Shown here: positions 1 to 12,894 of the stretch, piece by piece
How positions within the stretch are numbered: position 1 is the first letter of the stretch
Layout of the letters: the number at the start of each line of letters is the position of its first letter
Source of the DNA: Octopus vulgaris
Taxonomy: Eukaryota
DNA length: 64,000 bases
Assembly: GCA_951406725.2 (NCBI GenBank)
Contig: OX597832.1
Location: forward strand, 61,938,001-62,002,000
Direction: 5' to 3'
Position numbers and translations under genes: made by a program
Notes under the pieces: generated by a model
Databases searched by the model: none
Told to the model about the DNA's origin: nothing
The model's input: the letters and a program-made list of their open reading frames with translations, nothing else

Positions 1-148
1 AAGGTTTTCCACATAGTGGTTAAAAAATTCCCCACTTATATTTATGTATGAAATACTATTTACTGAATCTCAGTTATTTTATATGCTAGACCACTGGTGT
101 TAAAACTGATATTATCAAATGAATATCCAATTTTCACCCCTCATTTTG

Positions 149-150
<2 letters not shown>
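1..150 (+). mobile_element. Diverged fragment of the same PLE/retrozyme-like repeat family as the 49.5-53.1 kb array (3' part of the unit), abutting (TA)n
   Basis: ccacatagtg..cttatatttat..ctagaccactggtgtt..aattttcacccctcatt aligns by eye with the array-unit segment ccatatagtg..cttatatttat..ctagaccacttggtgtt..aattctctcacccttatt. Confidence 0.65.
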
Positions 151-221
<71 letters not shown>

Positions 222-722
222 GAATATATGTGTGCGTGAGTGTGTGTATGAGTGTTTGTATGTATATATGTATGGATTTATGGGCGCGTGTGTTCATACT
301 GAATACATGTATACATTTATAAATACATACATATATACACACATACATATGTGTATATGCTTGTATTCGATTTTGCCATTTCGTGGCTCTTTATTAAATA
401 TTTCTGAAAGCTGCGTGATTTATTAATTTCTGCAGCAATTATAAAGCCTATGTTAAACGTCTAATTACGTGAATCAATTTCTGGTTCTTTAGTCGTATTC
501 GAAACCAAATATGTCTCCAGCCGATAAGCTACACAGGACAGGGGACAGTCGGCTGATGTTAGTGTTTAGAATGTGACAGTTATGTAGAAGTGTGAACTCT
601 AAACTATATGCTGACGTGCTTTTGTGTGTGTTTGTGAGTGTGTTTATAAATGTATGCATTTATTTAAATATATATCATACATACATAATTTATATACATA
701 TCCCATGAGTACGGCCCATTGA

Positions 723-885
723 CGCAGGCGTGGCTGGGTGGTAAGAAGCTTGCTTACCAACCACATGGTTCCGGTTTCAGCCCCACTGCGTTGTACCTAA
801 GGCAAGTGCCTTCTAATATATTCTCGAGGCGTCCAAAGCCTTGTGAGTGGATTTGGTAGTTGGAAACTGAAAGAAGCTCATTGTA
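723..885 (+). mobile_element. tRNA-derived SINE family A, head (octopus-type)
   Basis: A-box-like tggctgggtgg, B-box-like ggtttcagccc, body ending gtgagtggatttggtag..ggaaactgaaagaagc, then microsatellite; many copies in the window. Confidence 0.85.
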
Positions 886-917
886 TATATATATGTATAT
901 GTATGTGTGTGTGTGTG

Positions 918-1075
<158 letters not shown>

Positions 1076-1113
1076 CATATATATGCACACATATATCTAT
1101 ATATCTGTATATC

Positions 1114-1154
<41 letters not shown>

Positions 1155-1577
1155 ATACACTGCCGAAAAAAGATTCGTAGTTTTGTGACGTACATGGTAG
1201 AGAATTGGTGGGGGGTAATACGAATTCATTCGTCTATATAAATGGGGATATGCTGATTAGCTTTTATATGTCCCGATGACGCTTGGTCAGAAATATAAGG
1301 GGTAAGTTTTCCTACCATCTTCAGATTTATAATTATCGAAATATTATGTTGATAACGGAAATGAATCTTATGATTCTAATCCAGAAACACGTCCGTAATT
1401 AATCGAAGACTTTGATTTCATTATTTTTCTTCTTTTTTGCAATGTATAAGTTACAAATATTGTCGTCTGTGGAGACATATTTTTGTAGAAAAAGGAAATA
1501 GTAGTCCTTAAGGCTGCTATTTCTAGAATTTTCGGTATGTGGTCAAGCAACTTGTTGCAAAACCCTTATTGTTATAA

Positions 1578-1692
<115 letters not shown>

Positions 1693-2064
1693 GTGTGTGT
1701 GTATGAATGTATGCATATATGTCTGTATATATGTGGCTATAATTATACATAATTTTATATACTACATTCTATTTCCTTTTGTTTTGTCTACGTCTAAATA
1801 TAAAATGGCAAGAAAATTCTTTTATCTTCTTAGTGGCTCAAATCGATGGAAGATTGCCAACGGGGCGCGGGGAGGGGCCAGCATCATATTCTTCACATCT
1901 GATATAATTATATGATGCTAAGATACAAATACGAAAGCCGACACTTTCTTATGAAAATATATGCGTATATACAAGTTTACATCCATATTTACACAGGCAT
2001 GGGAAAACACGGAAAATACAAACACGGGCCAAGCGTGCAACGCCTCCATATCTTCTGTTATCTT

Positions 2065-2230
2065 CTGATATTAGTTTCTGTCATTGGACTACAGCCATAC
2101 TTGAGCACCGTCTTGGAGGGTTCTCGTTGAACATATCAAACTCTTGTACTTATTTTTCGCCGTTTGAGTCTGGTAATTTCATTTGATGAAACGCTAGGTT
2201 ACGAGGACTTAGAGAAATCAACAGACCGGG
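2065..2230 (-). mobile_element. SINE family A 3' body, decayed
   Basis: Reverse complement resembles the ggcggtgctccagcatggccgcagtcaaatgactgaaac tail seen at 13056-13095 and 55393-55430. Confidence 0.6.
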
Positions 2231-2442
2231 TGTCAAACAGTAAAGGACGATGGGGACGTTGATGATGGAAGTGGTGACGGTGGTGGTGATGGTTGTCATG
2301 GTTGTGGCTGCGATGTGATGAAATAATGATTGATTCACAGGCGCAGGCTCATATACATGCATAAACAGTCACACACACGTTCATACACAAACACATACAT
2401 GCACTTGACCACACACACATATATATTTATGTATATATATGT

Positions 2443-2662
2443 ACCTATTTCTTTACTACCCACAAGGGGCTAAACACAGAGAGGACAAGCAAGGACAGAC
2501 AAACGGATTAAGTCGATTATATCGACCCCAGTGCGTAACTGGTACTTATTTAATCGACCCCGAAAGGATGAAAGGCAAAGTCGACCTCGGCGGAATTTGA
2601 ACTCAGAACGTAGCGGCAGACGAAATACGGCTAAGCATTTCACCCGGCGCGCTAACATTTCT
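2443..2662 (-). mobile_element. SINE family B with Meta-like central domain
   Basis: Minus strand contains gactttgcctttcatcctttcggggtcgattaaataagtaccag (MetaSINE-like domain) and B box gagttcaaattcc. Confidence 0.85.
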
Positions 2663-2714
2663 GTACCGATGTGTGTGTATGCCTCTGTATGTGTGTGCGT
2701 GTGTGTGTGTGTGC

Positions 2715-2782
<68 letters not shown>

Positions 2783-2794
2783 ATTTGCTGTTGG

Positions 2795-2945
2795 TGATTT
2801 CTTTTCCTTCTTTGTTTATTTACTTTTCTCCGTGCCGATGAAGAGCTATGCTCGAAACGTCAAAAACTCTCTCTTTTTTACTGAGCGTCAATCAAATACA
2901 TCCTCTTGCTGTCTCTTGTTGATAATTATATTATTCGTTTATTTG
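2795..2945 (+). mobile_element. PLE pseudo-LTR fragment with degenerate minimal hammerhead (2835-2861)
   Basis: CCGATGA-A-GAGC-tat-GCTC-GAAACGTC; same family as 7126, 38345, 45738 and 53312. Confidence 0.6.
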
Positions 2946-2978
2946 AATTCACTACAAACACATGCACACAAACACACA

Positions 2979-3022
<44 letters not shown>

Positions 3023-3069
3023 AACAAACAAACAAACACATATGTATAGATATACATATACATATATCT

Positions 3070-3220
3070 GACGGTTTCTGCAAAGGGTCGACCAACCAAA
3101 CTCACTTAGACGGCAGTGATCTGCATGAGGCAATAGTAGAAAGCACATGCCAGGTGCGCCGCGCAGTGGGGCTGAACCTGAAATCAGGTGGTTGCAAAGT
3201 GGGTTTCTTAAGGACGCAGA
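3070..3220 (-). mobile_element. SINE family A head, decayed
   Basis: gcgcagtggggctgaacctgaaatcaggtggttgcaaagtggg is the reverse complement of the family A tRNA head. Confidence 0.65.
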
Positions 3221-3342
3221 TTTGCATATATTACTATTAAATACACTGAAGGGATTCTGATATATATATATACAAATCCATGCATGAGTCAGTTGGAAAC
3301 CAATGTAATGATATCAATGAAGAACCATTTGCAGTACCCAGC

Positions 3343-3384
<42 letters not shown>

Positions 3385-3385
3385 C

Positions 3386-3418
<33 letters not shown>

Positions 3419-3719
3419 GGAGAGAGAGAGACTGGAAGCTTAAGCAGTAGACTAGATCTGTCGTGAATTAACACACACACACACATACACACAGAAAACG
3501 TACGCACTGATACTCAGAATTATGCACGGAAAAATGCAGACAAATAAGGCCCATAGACATAATGATAAAGAAAGAATGACAATGACGCAAATAGAAAAAG
3601 ACGCTCAGTAGACATTTTTTATTCGATTTCTATATATAAATGATCGAATGTACGTAAATACAAACGCACATACACGCGCGCGCGCGTGCACAGTCACACA
3701 TATGCGTGTGTATGAGCTA

Positions 3720-4563
3720 TCGTCTAAATAACGGGAAAATGAAAATAACACTGTCATCTCATTTTAACAGATATATTTATCAAAATTGCGTAAAAATATC
3801 TTGAAATGCTAAAGAGTAAATTTATTCAATAAAATCGCCGTTGGCTCCAACCACGGCCTCCAGATGACTTCAGAGTTTCCTGCAGCTCTTCTGGACGCTC
3901 TCTTTGTTTAAGTTGGCGAATCCTGCTGTAATCCTTGCCTTCAGTTAGACTTTGGTATTACGAGGAGTTTTTTTTTTTTTGGGTGGGGGGGTCCCTTGCT
4001 CAACTGCGCCCCACGCATAATAATCTATGGGGTAGCAGCCTTGGGAGTTAGCTGCCCTGATGTTAGGGGTGACGTGGTCAGGAAATTGTCTGACAGCCAT
4101 GACTGCCTACTTCTGTGGCATGATACAGCGTCCTATTACCAGATACAGGGTCTTCCAGCAGCCACTCTCTTGACCCAGGAATATACTAACTCCTCCAGGC
4201 ACTTTATGTAGGTTTCCGTGGCGAGTCTGAGTCCGCGTGGGAAGACGAATGGAAGTATAACGTTGCCATCATTAATGATAACTGCAAATATTATGATGTC
4301 AGCTGGATGTTTAATTTTTATCCCTCTCAGTATATGTTCTGAGATTGACACCCAGGTACTCTGAAATGTTCGTATTGGACCTTCCAGCGCGAATGCCAAG
4401 CAGTACAGCATGTCGTTTCCAAATTTCCGACAGAGTGAAGTGCGTTATGGTGCTGTTTTTCTCATAGACGGTGTCCAACTCACGCTACTATAATGTGTAG
4501 TCAAGATCAAAAACAAACAATGCGCGAAATTAAAACTATAAACTTGCGACAATTTACCCATCG
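3720..4563 (-). mobile_element. Decayed, internally deleted Tc1/mariner transposon (maT/DD37D-like transposase remnant)
   Basis: Minus translation IKHPADIIIFAVIINDGNVILPFVFPRGLRLATETYIKCLEELVYSWVKRVAAGRPCIW, then frameshifted QD.A..H and DYYAWGAVE remnants; homologous to 17708-18355. Confidence 0.8.
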
Positions 4564-4578
4564 CATTTGAGAACGTAC

Positions 4579-4918
4579 GGTTATTTGAGAACGTACGTTT
4601 CAAGATTAGTCAAAATCGACACTTCTATCATCAGCTCAGAACTCCCTGGTTTGGATTTGAAAACACTGAAAGTGGGAGCATACCCTTTCGGCCTGTTATC
4701 GCTTCTGAAGATCTGCTCAAAACTAACAGTGCCAGCAAATTCAAATATGCAAGCGAAGAATAGCTGCTATTTCTAATGAGTTCAGTATGCGGCAAAGTAA
4801 TTTATTTTACTAAGCCCTTTTATATAATGTAATAATTTGAATTCGCCTTAAATGGTCCCTTTGTATACTGAATACTTGGTGAAATTGATTAATTAATTAA
4901 TTTTACCCTCAATTGTTG

Positions 4919-4955
<37 letters not shown>

Positions 4956-5293
4956 AATTTGCTGGCACTGTTAGTTTTGAGCAGATCTTCAGAAGCGATA
5001 ACAGGCCGAAAGGGTATGCTCCCACTTTCAGTGTTTTCAAATCCAAACCAGGGAGTTCTGAGCTGATGATAGAAGTGTCGATTTTGACTAATCTTGAAAC
5101 GTACGTTCTCAAATAACCTTTGCATTTGATTTTTTAATGTCTCTACCCCCATACTTTCGTGAGTTGAATTGAGCAAACACTATATGAGAGAGGTTTTCTT
5201 TAAGTATTGGAGATAGTTTTAAAAAAGTTTTTTTAGCTGCTATTTCTAATGAGTTCAGTATGCGGCAAAGTAATTTATTTTACTAAGCCCTTT

Positions 5294-5300
<7 letters not shown>
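4579..5300 (+). mobile_element. PLE-like pseudo-LTR relic: 170-bp perfect inverted repeat (4579-4748 / 4949-5118) plus 67-bp direct repeat (4761-4827 / 5234-5300), with a hammerhead-like motif
   Basis: Arms read as exact reverse complements; arm 2 contains tgag-CTGATGA..GAAAC-GTAC-GTT-ctca (5059-5111); associated with (TA)n. Confidence 0.7.
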
Positions 5301-5332
<32 letters not shown>

Positions 5333-5599
5333 GTACATATATACATACGTACATACATACATACATATACATACATACATACGTACATACATACATACAT
5401 ACATGCATACATACATTCATACATACATTCATACATACACACACACATACACACACGAACATATATGATGATGTTTGTTTTGTCTCACATTCTCTCACCT
5501 TCAGTTTCTTTCTCTCTCTCCTTTTCTCTCTCTTTCTCTCTCTCTCTCTTTTACTCACTCTCTCTCTCTTTCTATATATATATATATATGTATATATAT

Positions 5600-5693
<94 letters not shown>

Positions 5694-5741
5694 GATAGAT
5701 AGATAGATAGATAGACACAAACACATTATCCATTTCTTGAA

Positions 5742-5989
5742 CAGGGGTCTCAGCCAGAGTCCACATTACCCCTTTGGGGTCCACATAACATTTTGTTATT
5801 AAAAAGTATCTGAAATAAATTGGTTATATTCCTTTAACACAAACTATTTTAACCATTGTCTAGTACATAATTCCTAGTAGTAGTTAATTCCAAAAACATA
5901 ATAGGATTTCTTTAACATCGAATGGCCAGTCCAGCTGTGCTAAAGAGGAATCAGAGTTGTCCATAGGTAAAACTAGTTGAGGAACGCTG
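5742..5989. mobile_element. hAT/Charlie-like MITE, decayed
   Basis: Imperfect TIRs caggggtctcagcc / agttgaggaacgctg; flanks ttcttgaa / ctccagaa resemble the NTCTAGAN 8-bp target. Confidence 0.55.
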
Positions 5990-6225
5990 CTCCAGAAGAA
6001 TGAGAAGTGGAGCGGTGCCTTCGTAGTCCTTTTAGATTTAAACTGTTAATGATATAATATTTTATCTCTTGTATCTTTTTAAGTCAACATCACGAAGATA
6101 TGTTCTTGAATATTTCGGATATATATTTGTAAATACACGGTATCCTTGCCACATTTCGACCCATAAAGAAAAACTGGTGACAGTGTAGGTTTTATTACAT
6201 AGCGCCAGCCCTAAAAAACATTGTA

Positions 6226-6635
6226 AAATTTTATGTCGATCGAGAATATGGCAGACGACACGCGTTGAAATCGTCCAGCAGTTAGACCGAGCTGGAGATC
6301 TAATGATTAAGCGTCGAAATTGTGTCTCGTCGATGAAACGGTGATAGCATATGTTTCATCACATGACTGCCCAATAGGTTTTATCAAATTTTAAGTCGAT
6401 TGCGGATATGGCAGACGACACGCGTTCAAAACGTCCCGCAGTTGAATCGAACTGGTGGGCCGAATGATTAAGTGTCGAATTGTAAGTGTCGTGTGGAAGA
6501 AATGCTGATGGCATACGTTTCAACACAGCTGCTCAACAAGTTTTACCAAATTTTAAGTCGACCGCGGATATGGCTGACGAAATGCGTTCAAAATTTACTG
6601 AGGATCTAATGATTAAATATCGAACTTGTAGGTGT
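6226..6635. repeat. Diverged ~161-bp tandem repeat, about 2.5 copies
   Basis: aaatttta(t/a)gtcga..atatggc(a/t)gacga..gcgtt starts at 6226, 6386 and 6548. Confidence 0.85.
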
Positions 6636-7026
6636 TTCGTTTACCCATGCATCACTCTTTATCCAGGCAGATACTGCACGAGCACTCACTTACAATCCGG
6701 ATTCAAGCTAACAGCCAGGATTATTTATTGTGAGTAATCCCACTGTAATTAATCCGATGTGTAAATCTTGGCTTCGCTTCGCTGGATTATGAATATTTTA
6801 CTGAGTGCATATCCAAAACAATTACATTGAATATAGAGGGTAAGACATGAATTATTTTTTTTTATTTCTAACAACAATTATACATTATATTTGGTTTAAA
6901 TTTGTTGTAGAAACATGCATCGCGCAAATTTAAAACGAATATGCTGCATAATTGACTATAGAAATAAAAATCATGTATGTATATATATGTATGCATATAT
7001 ATGTCTATGTATATATATATATATAT

Positions 7027-7265
7027 AGTAAATCCAAAAGAGGAGAACAAACACAAAAAAACAACGACGCATGGACGCGGTACATGTGGAGTATTAGCTG
7101 ATGCTCAGGGAAGAAAAGAAAGATGGTCTAACGTTTCGAGCAGACGCTCTTCTTCGGAAATGGAGAAATGTCCAATGGAAGGGACGACGGAGGAAGAAAA
7201 TCGCCAATGATTCACATGTGGTTACATTTTGAAATGACCGAAAGGGAATGGGTGAAGAAAAAGTT
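7027..7265 (-). mobile_element. PLE pseudo-LTR fragment with degenerate minimal hammerhead (7126-7160)
   Basis: Minus strand CCGAAGA-A-GAGC-gtct-GCTC-GAAACGTTA; abuts (TA)n. Confidence 0.6.
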
Positions 7266-7976
7266 CATTCTAAGGCAGAAGAGTGTAAGAGAAGAGGTAT
7301 GTGTGTGCATCTAGGGGTATGTGCGTGCGCGCAAGTCTGTATGTGTGTGTGTAATAATAGCACGTGTAAGTGTGTATGTGCGTGCGTGTGTATGTAAGTG
7401 TGTGCTTCTGTGCATATATGTTGTGTGTATAATTTGTGTGTAGTGTGCGCATGCACCTGTGTGTGTGTGTGCGTGTGTGTATATGTGTATGTGTATATGC
7501 GCGTGTGCGTGTGCGTCAAGTTGTGTGTGGGGTTGTGTGTGTGGAGCATATGCGCGTTCCTCTGCGTGTGCATGCGTGCGTGTATGTGCGTGTGTGTATA
7601 TGCCCATGTATGTGTAATCGTCTGCGTGTATGAGTTTGAGTGTGTGGGAGGTATGTATGCGTTCATATGCGTGTGTGGGTGTGTTTGTGTATACGTGTGT
7701 ATATTTGTGTGTGAACGAGGGGTTGTATATGGAGGTATATGTGCATTTTTGTGCGTGTGTGTATGTATGTTTTGTAATTGTGTGTACATGTGCGTGTATG
7801 TGTGTGCATGATGTGTGTTTATGCGTGTGAGTGTGTGCGTGTATGTGCGTGTGTGTATATGCCCATGAATGTGTAATTGCATGCGTGTATGTATGAGTGT
7901 GTGTTGTGTGTATGGGAGGTATGTGTGTATGCCTGTGTATATGTGCATGTGCGTGTGTGCATGTGAGTGTATGTGC

Positions 7977-8015
<39 letters not shown>

Positions 8016-8304
8016 AACACACTGTCTGCAATTGTATTTCTCCATATCTGTGCGAGTGAATCTGCATTTGTGTGTCTCCATATTTACCAATAATATGAGT
8101 GTATGTATATGCATAAAATTATGTGTGCGTTTCTCTGTGTGATTGTGTGTGTTAGTGTGCGTGTGTGTGTGTGTGTGCGTATGCGCGCTTGTGTATGTTA
8201 CTGTGAGTGTGCGTGCGTATATACATACATGGATGCACTACAGTCTCTCCTTACTTTCTCTCAAATCTGTCATATTCGAAATTCATCAAATAATCAAACC
8301 GTCC

Positions 8305-8564
8305 CAGCACCTCCACCACCGACGCCGCCGACACCACAGCCACCACCGACACCACCACCACAGCCACCACCGACACCACCACCACAGCCATCACCACCAC
8401 CATCACCATCACCACCATTATCAGGACCATCGTCATCTCTTTCCCTTCACACTTTTGTTTTTTGTTTTTGTTTTTGTTTTTTTTCTTTTTTTTCTTTTTG
8501 CTTGTTTCTCTTGGTCCGAATCGTTTTCGAATTTATCATCTGACAAATCACTAGCAAAACAACT

Positions 8565-8621
<57 letters not shown>

Positions 8622-9101
8622 AGAAGCAGCATCCTCATCATCGTCACCGTCGTCCATGTGGACGTCACTGTCGTTGTCGATTTTCGGGTTCCAACGCCGT
8701 CGTCATCATCATCATTATAAACATCATCGTTTTCATCACCACCATGACCAACACCACCCTCACGGCCACCCACCCCCACCCTCACGGCCAGCCCCACCCC
8801 CACTACCATCACTGCCATCGGTGCAGTTTGCATCATTATAATCATTATAATGATGCAATCATCATCATCCTCATCGTCATCTCCTCTCCTTCCACTACCA
8901 CCACCACCACCACCATCCAACTACTACTACCTTTATCATCACTCCACCCTCCACCGTCCACCACTACCGCCATTTTGTATTCTCTCCCATCTTTCCTTTC
9001 ACGGTCCCCATTATTCTCTCCCTATCAACTTTTCTCAATATTTCTCTCTTATTCCCTGTCCCTTACTCACTCTCTCTCTCTCCCTCTGTCTTTCCTTTTA
9101 G

Positions 9102-9140
<39 letters not shown>

Positions 9141-10165
9141 TTTGTCTTTCCTTTTTAGATCTCTCTCATTCTCTCTGTCTGTCTGTCGCGCTCTCTCTTT
9201 TCATGTCTCTTTCCATTTCTCTCTCTTTCTCTCACTTTGTCACTCTCTGTTCCTCTCTTTATCTTCCTCTCTCTCCCTTTCCGTCTCTCTTTCTCTCTCG
9301 TCCTCTTCCTCTCCGTCTTCCTCTCGCTCTTTTTCTCTTCTTGAATCACTTTCTGCCTGTCCTTGTCTCCCCATCTTTCTCTCGTTCTCTTCATCCCTCT
9401 CCTCCTCCATTTGCACTCCTTCCCCATCTTTCTCTCACCCCCTCTCTCTCTCTGTCTCTATTTTCTTGTCTGGTTTTCTCTTTCTGTTTCCCTCTCTTTC
9501 TATCACTTTGTCACTCTCTGTTCCACCTCTCTCTTCCTCTCTGTCTCTCACTACCTCTCTCTCTCGCTTTATTTCTCTCCCTCCCTGTGTCTTCCTCTCT
9601 CTTCAACTTTGTCTCTCACCCCCATTTTTCTCTCTCTCTGTGAATAGGGCACAGACAAGTACAACAACCACCACTACCACCGCAACACCGCTACCTCCAC
9701 TACCACCACTACCACCGCAACCACCACTACCACCACTACCACCGCAACCACCGCAAGCGCCACTACCACCGCAACCACCGCAAGCACCACTACCATCGCA
9801 ACCACCACTACAACCACAACCACCATAACCACCACTAACAGAACTAGCACCACTACCACCACAGCCACCACAACCACCATTGACACCACTACCAATACAG
9901 CTAGCTCCACAACCGACCCAACTGTTTAGTCCCGTAACAGTCCCAATACCACAGACACCACATGAACCAACAACCAATACTACCGTGACCACCACCACCA
10001 CCACCACCACCACTACTACTACCAGTTTATCTCTACCACAACAATAGCAACAACAATTCTAATTAACTCCTAGTTATTAATTACTCTAGTCGCCTTCTAC
10101 TCATCATTGGCCCTAAAACCATTATGGTTTCAGCATCACCACCATCACCACCACCACCAGCATCT
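8305..10165. repeat. Low-complexity block of (CCA)n, (TCA)n and degenerate (CT)n
   Basis: Direct reading; all ORFs here are homopolymeric (P/H/T/S/L). Confidence 0.9.
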
Positions 10166-10167
10166 TC

Positions 10168-10530
10168 CTAGTATTTATGGTACTTATTCTATCGATTGCT
10201 TTTTGCTGAACCGCTATTTTGTGGGGAGGTAAAAACGCAACGCCACTTGTCAAAAGATGGTGGAGTATGAACGCAGACATACACACACAAACACACACGT
10301 ATATACATACATGCATATATACATTCAATATGAGTGGATTTGGAAGACGGAAACAGAAAGAAGACCGTCGTATATAACAACGGGCTTCAAACAGTTTCCG
10401 TCTACCAAATCCATTCACAATGGCTCTGGCCGTTCCGAGGCTATAATAAAATCACTTGCCCAGGGTGCCACGCAGTGGAACTGAACCCAGAACCATATGG
10501 CTGGGAATGAAGCTTCTTTCCAAACATCCT
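10168..10530 (-). mobile_element. SINE family A (3' body plus head) with a small inverted duplication at 10331-10420
   Basis: Head gccacgcagtggaactgaacccagaaccatatgg and body tacttattctatcg..gctgaaccgcta; tgagtggatttggaagacggaaac is followed by its reverse complement. Confidence 0.75.
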
Positions 10531-10617
10531 TCGCCTTCATATATATATATATATATATACATACATACGCACACACATATATACATGCATATATACATAT
10601 ATATGATATATGATATA

Positions 10618-10678
<61 letters not shown>

Positions 10679-10721
10679 GTGTGTGTGTGTGTGTGTGTGT
10701 GCATATATATACATATATATA

Positions 10722-10784
<63 letters not shown>

Positions 10785-10903
10785 ATTTCTACACATTTCT
10801 GTACTTTTCCGTCTTGCTACAGTTTTGTTGTATAAGCAGAGAATCGTCCCATAAGCAACACAACGACGGAACCTCTGCTGCATTCCGGTCTCTTGTGCTG
10901 GAA

Positions 10904-11056
10904 CATTGTTCCGCAACCATTTTTCCATCTGCGGGACACTTATAGTTTTTTTTTGAAAATTTGGCGGCACACTAAAAGTATAGGGGAAACATTACATTCA
11001 TGCTACACTGCGGCACATCTAGCATGGTTTTGCGGTATGCCGGTTGCCGAGCACTT
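10904..11056. mobile_element. hAT/Charlie-like MITE
   Basis: TIRs cattgttccgcaacc / ggttgccgagcactt; flanks tgctggaa / tgctacaa form an imperfect 8-bp TSD. Confidence 0.6.
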
Positions 11057-11432
11057 TGCTACAACAAGCAGACACACACACACACACACACACACACAAA
11101 TACATACAGATTCACACACACAAACACACACATACACACACACAAACACACATACACAGACAAACACGTACACATGCAAACATGAACCCACATGCACAAA
11201 CACAAATGCACACGCACACATACAAACACAGACACACGCACACATGCACACACACACATACGCACACACACACTCAGACACAAACACACACACATCGAAT
11301 ACACGCTATGTTATTTTAAACATGAACAATATGTGTAGTGTAATGCAGTTCTAGATATCTCCAAACCAACGTAATGGCCACGGCTGGAAGTACTTTAGTC
11401 ATGAATGTACAGTGTGGTGTGACTTGGAGATA

Positions 11433-11484
<52 letters not shown>

Positions 11485-11731
11485 GCTCCTACTATAGGCA
11501 TTGGCAGATTATATGCTGCAACAGTATTATCCGATATTAAAGAAAGTCTGGGACGTTTAAAAGATGAACGGGTTTCAGCTGATGGTGGTGGTGGTGGTGG
11601 TGGTGGGTGGTGGTAGATGAATGGAAAGAAGGAAGAGGAAATGAATTAGAGGAGGAGGAGGAGGAGGATGTGGTGGAGATGGATGAAAAGAAGGAAGAAA
11701 GGAAGGAGAAAGAAGAAGAAATGGAGAAGTA

Positions 11732-11798
<67 letters not shown>

Positions 11799-12409
11799 TA
11801 GAAGAAAAGAAGAAGAAGAATGAGAAGCTGAAGGAGGAGGAGGAGGATGTGGTGCTGGAGAAGCAGAAGAAGGAAAGGGAAGGATGGAGAAGTAGAAGAA
11901 GAAGAATGAGAATTTGAAGGAGGAGGAGGAGCAGAAGAGGAAGTAGTAGTAGAAGAAGAAGAAGAAGAAGAAGAAGAAGAAGAAGAAGAAGAGAGAAGAA
12001 GAAGAAATAGAGAAGAATGGAAAAATGAAGAAACAAAAGAAAATGGGGAGGAGGAGGAGGAGAGGAGGAGGGGGAAGAGGAAAAGCAGGATATGAAGATA
12101 GGGATATGATGCTGAAGGAGGGAAAGAACAAAGAATAGGGAAAAGAGATTGAGGAAGAAGTGAGAGAGAGAAGTGAATAAGTCAACAGAAGACATGTTTG
12201 TAGAAGGTAGTGGCAGTGGTAATAGTAGTAGTAGTAGTAGTAGTAGTGGGGGTGGCAGTTGTAGTGGGGTAACGTTATTTGTATTGTACGGGTGGTAGTT
12301 GTCGTGGTTGTGTTGATGTTGATCTAATAGCTATGGTCTTGTTGCGCGCACCCGCATTTGTGTGTGTGTGTGTGTGTGTATGTGTGTGTGTCTGTGGTGC
12401 TGGTTGATT

Positions 12410-12477
<68 letters not shown>

Positions 12478-12860
12478 ATGGATATTGTTCATGTTAGTGT
12501 CCCTTTTCTCTGTTGCTGTTGTTTGTTTAACCCTGGGTCAACCATGATTGCATAGACATTAAAAAGTAAATGATATAGAATGAAGTAAAATAAAATATAT
12601 TATTCAGTCACAGTCTACCTAGGACTACATCATCTAGCATGGACAGTTCCCTTTCCTTTTTTTAATCACTTTGTGTTCGTTTTTCTTTTCTTTTTTTTGT
12701 GTCATACTGCGTGGCTCTGTGGTAAGAAGATTCCTTCAAACACCATTTGGTTCCAGGGTCGCTTCCACTGCGTGAGACCTTGCAATGGTCTCTTCTCCTG
12801 TAGCCCTTGGCTAATCAAAGCCTTGTGAGTGGAGTTGGTCGATAGACACTCGTATGTATG

Positions 12861-12894
<34 letters not shown>

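Noticed and set aside
1265-1400. Possible hammerhead (CCGATGA ... CCA-GAAACACGTC)
   Set aside because: The core halves are ~105 nt apart and I cannot form a convincing stem I; at most a heavily decayed relic.
9640-10030. Proline-rich (formin/extensin-like) or Gly/Cys-rich (keratin-associated-like) reading frames
   Set aside because: They arise from degenerate (CCA)n inside a larger low-complexity block, with an in-frame stop and no flanking domain.
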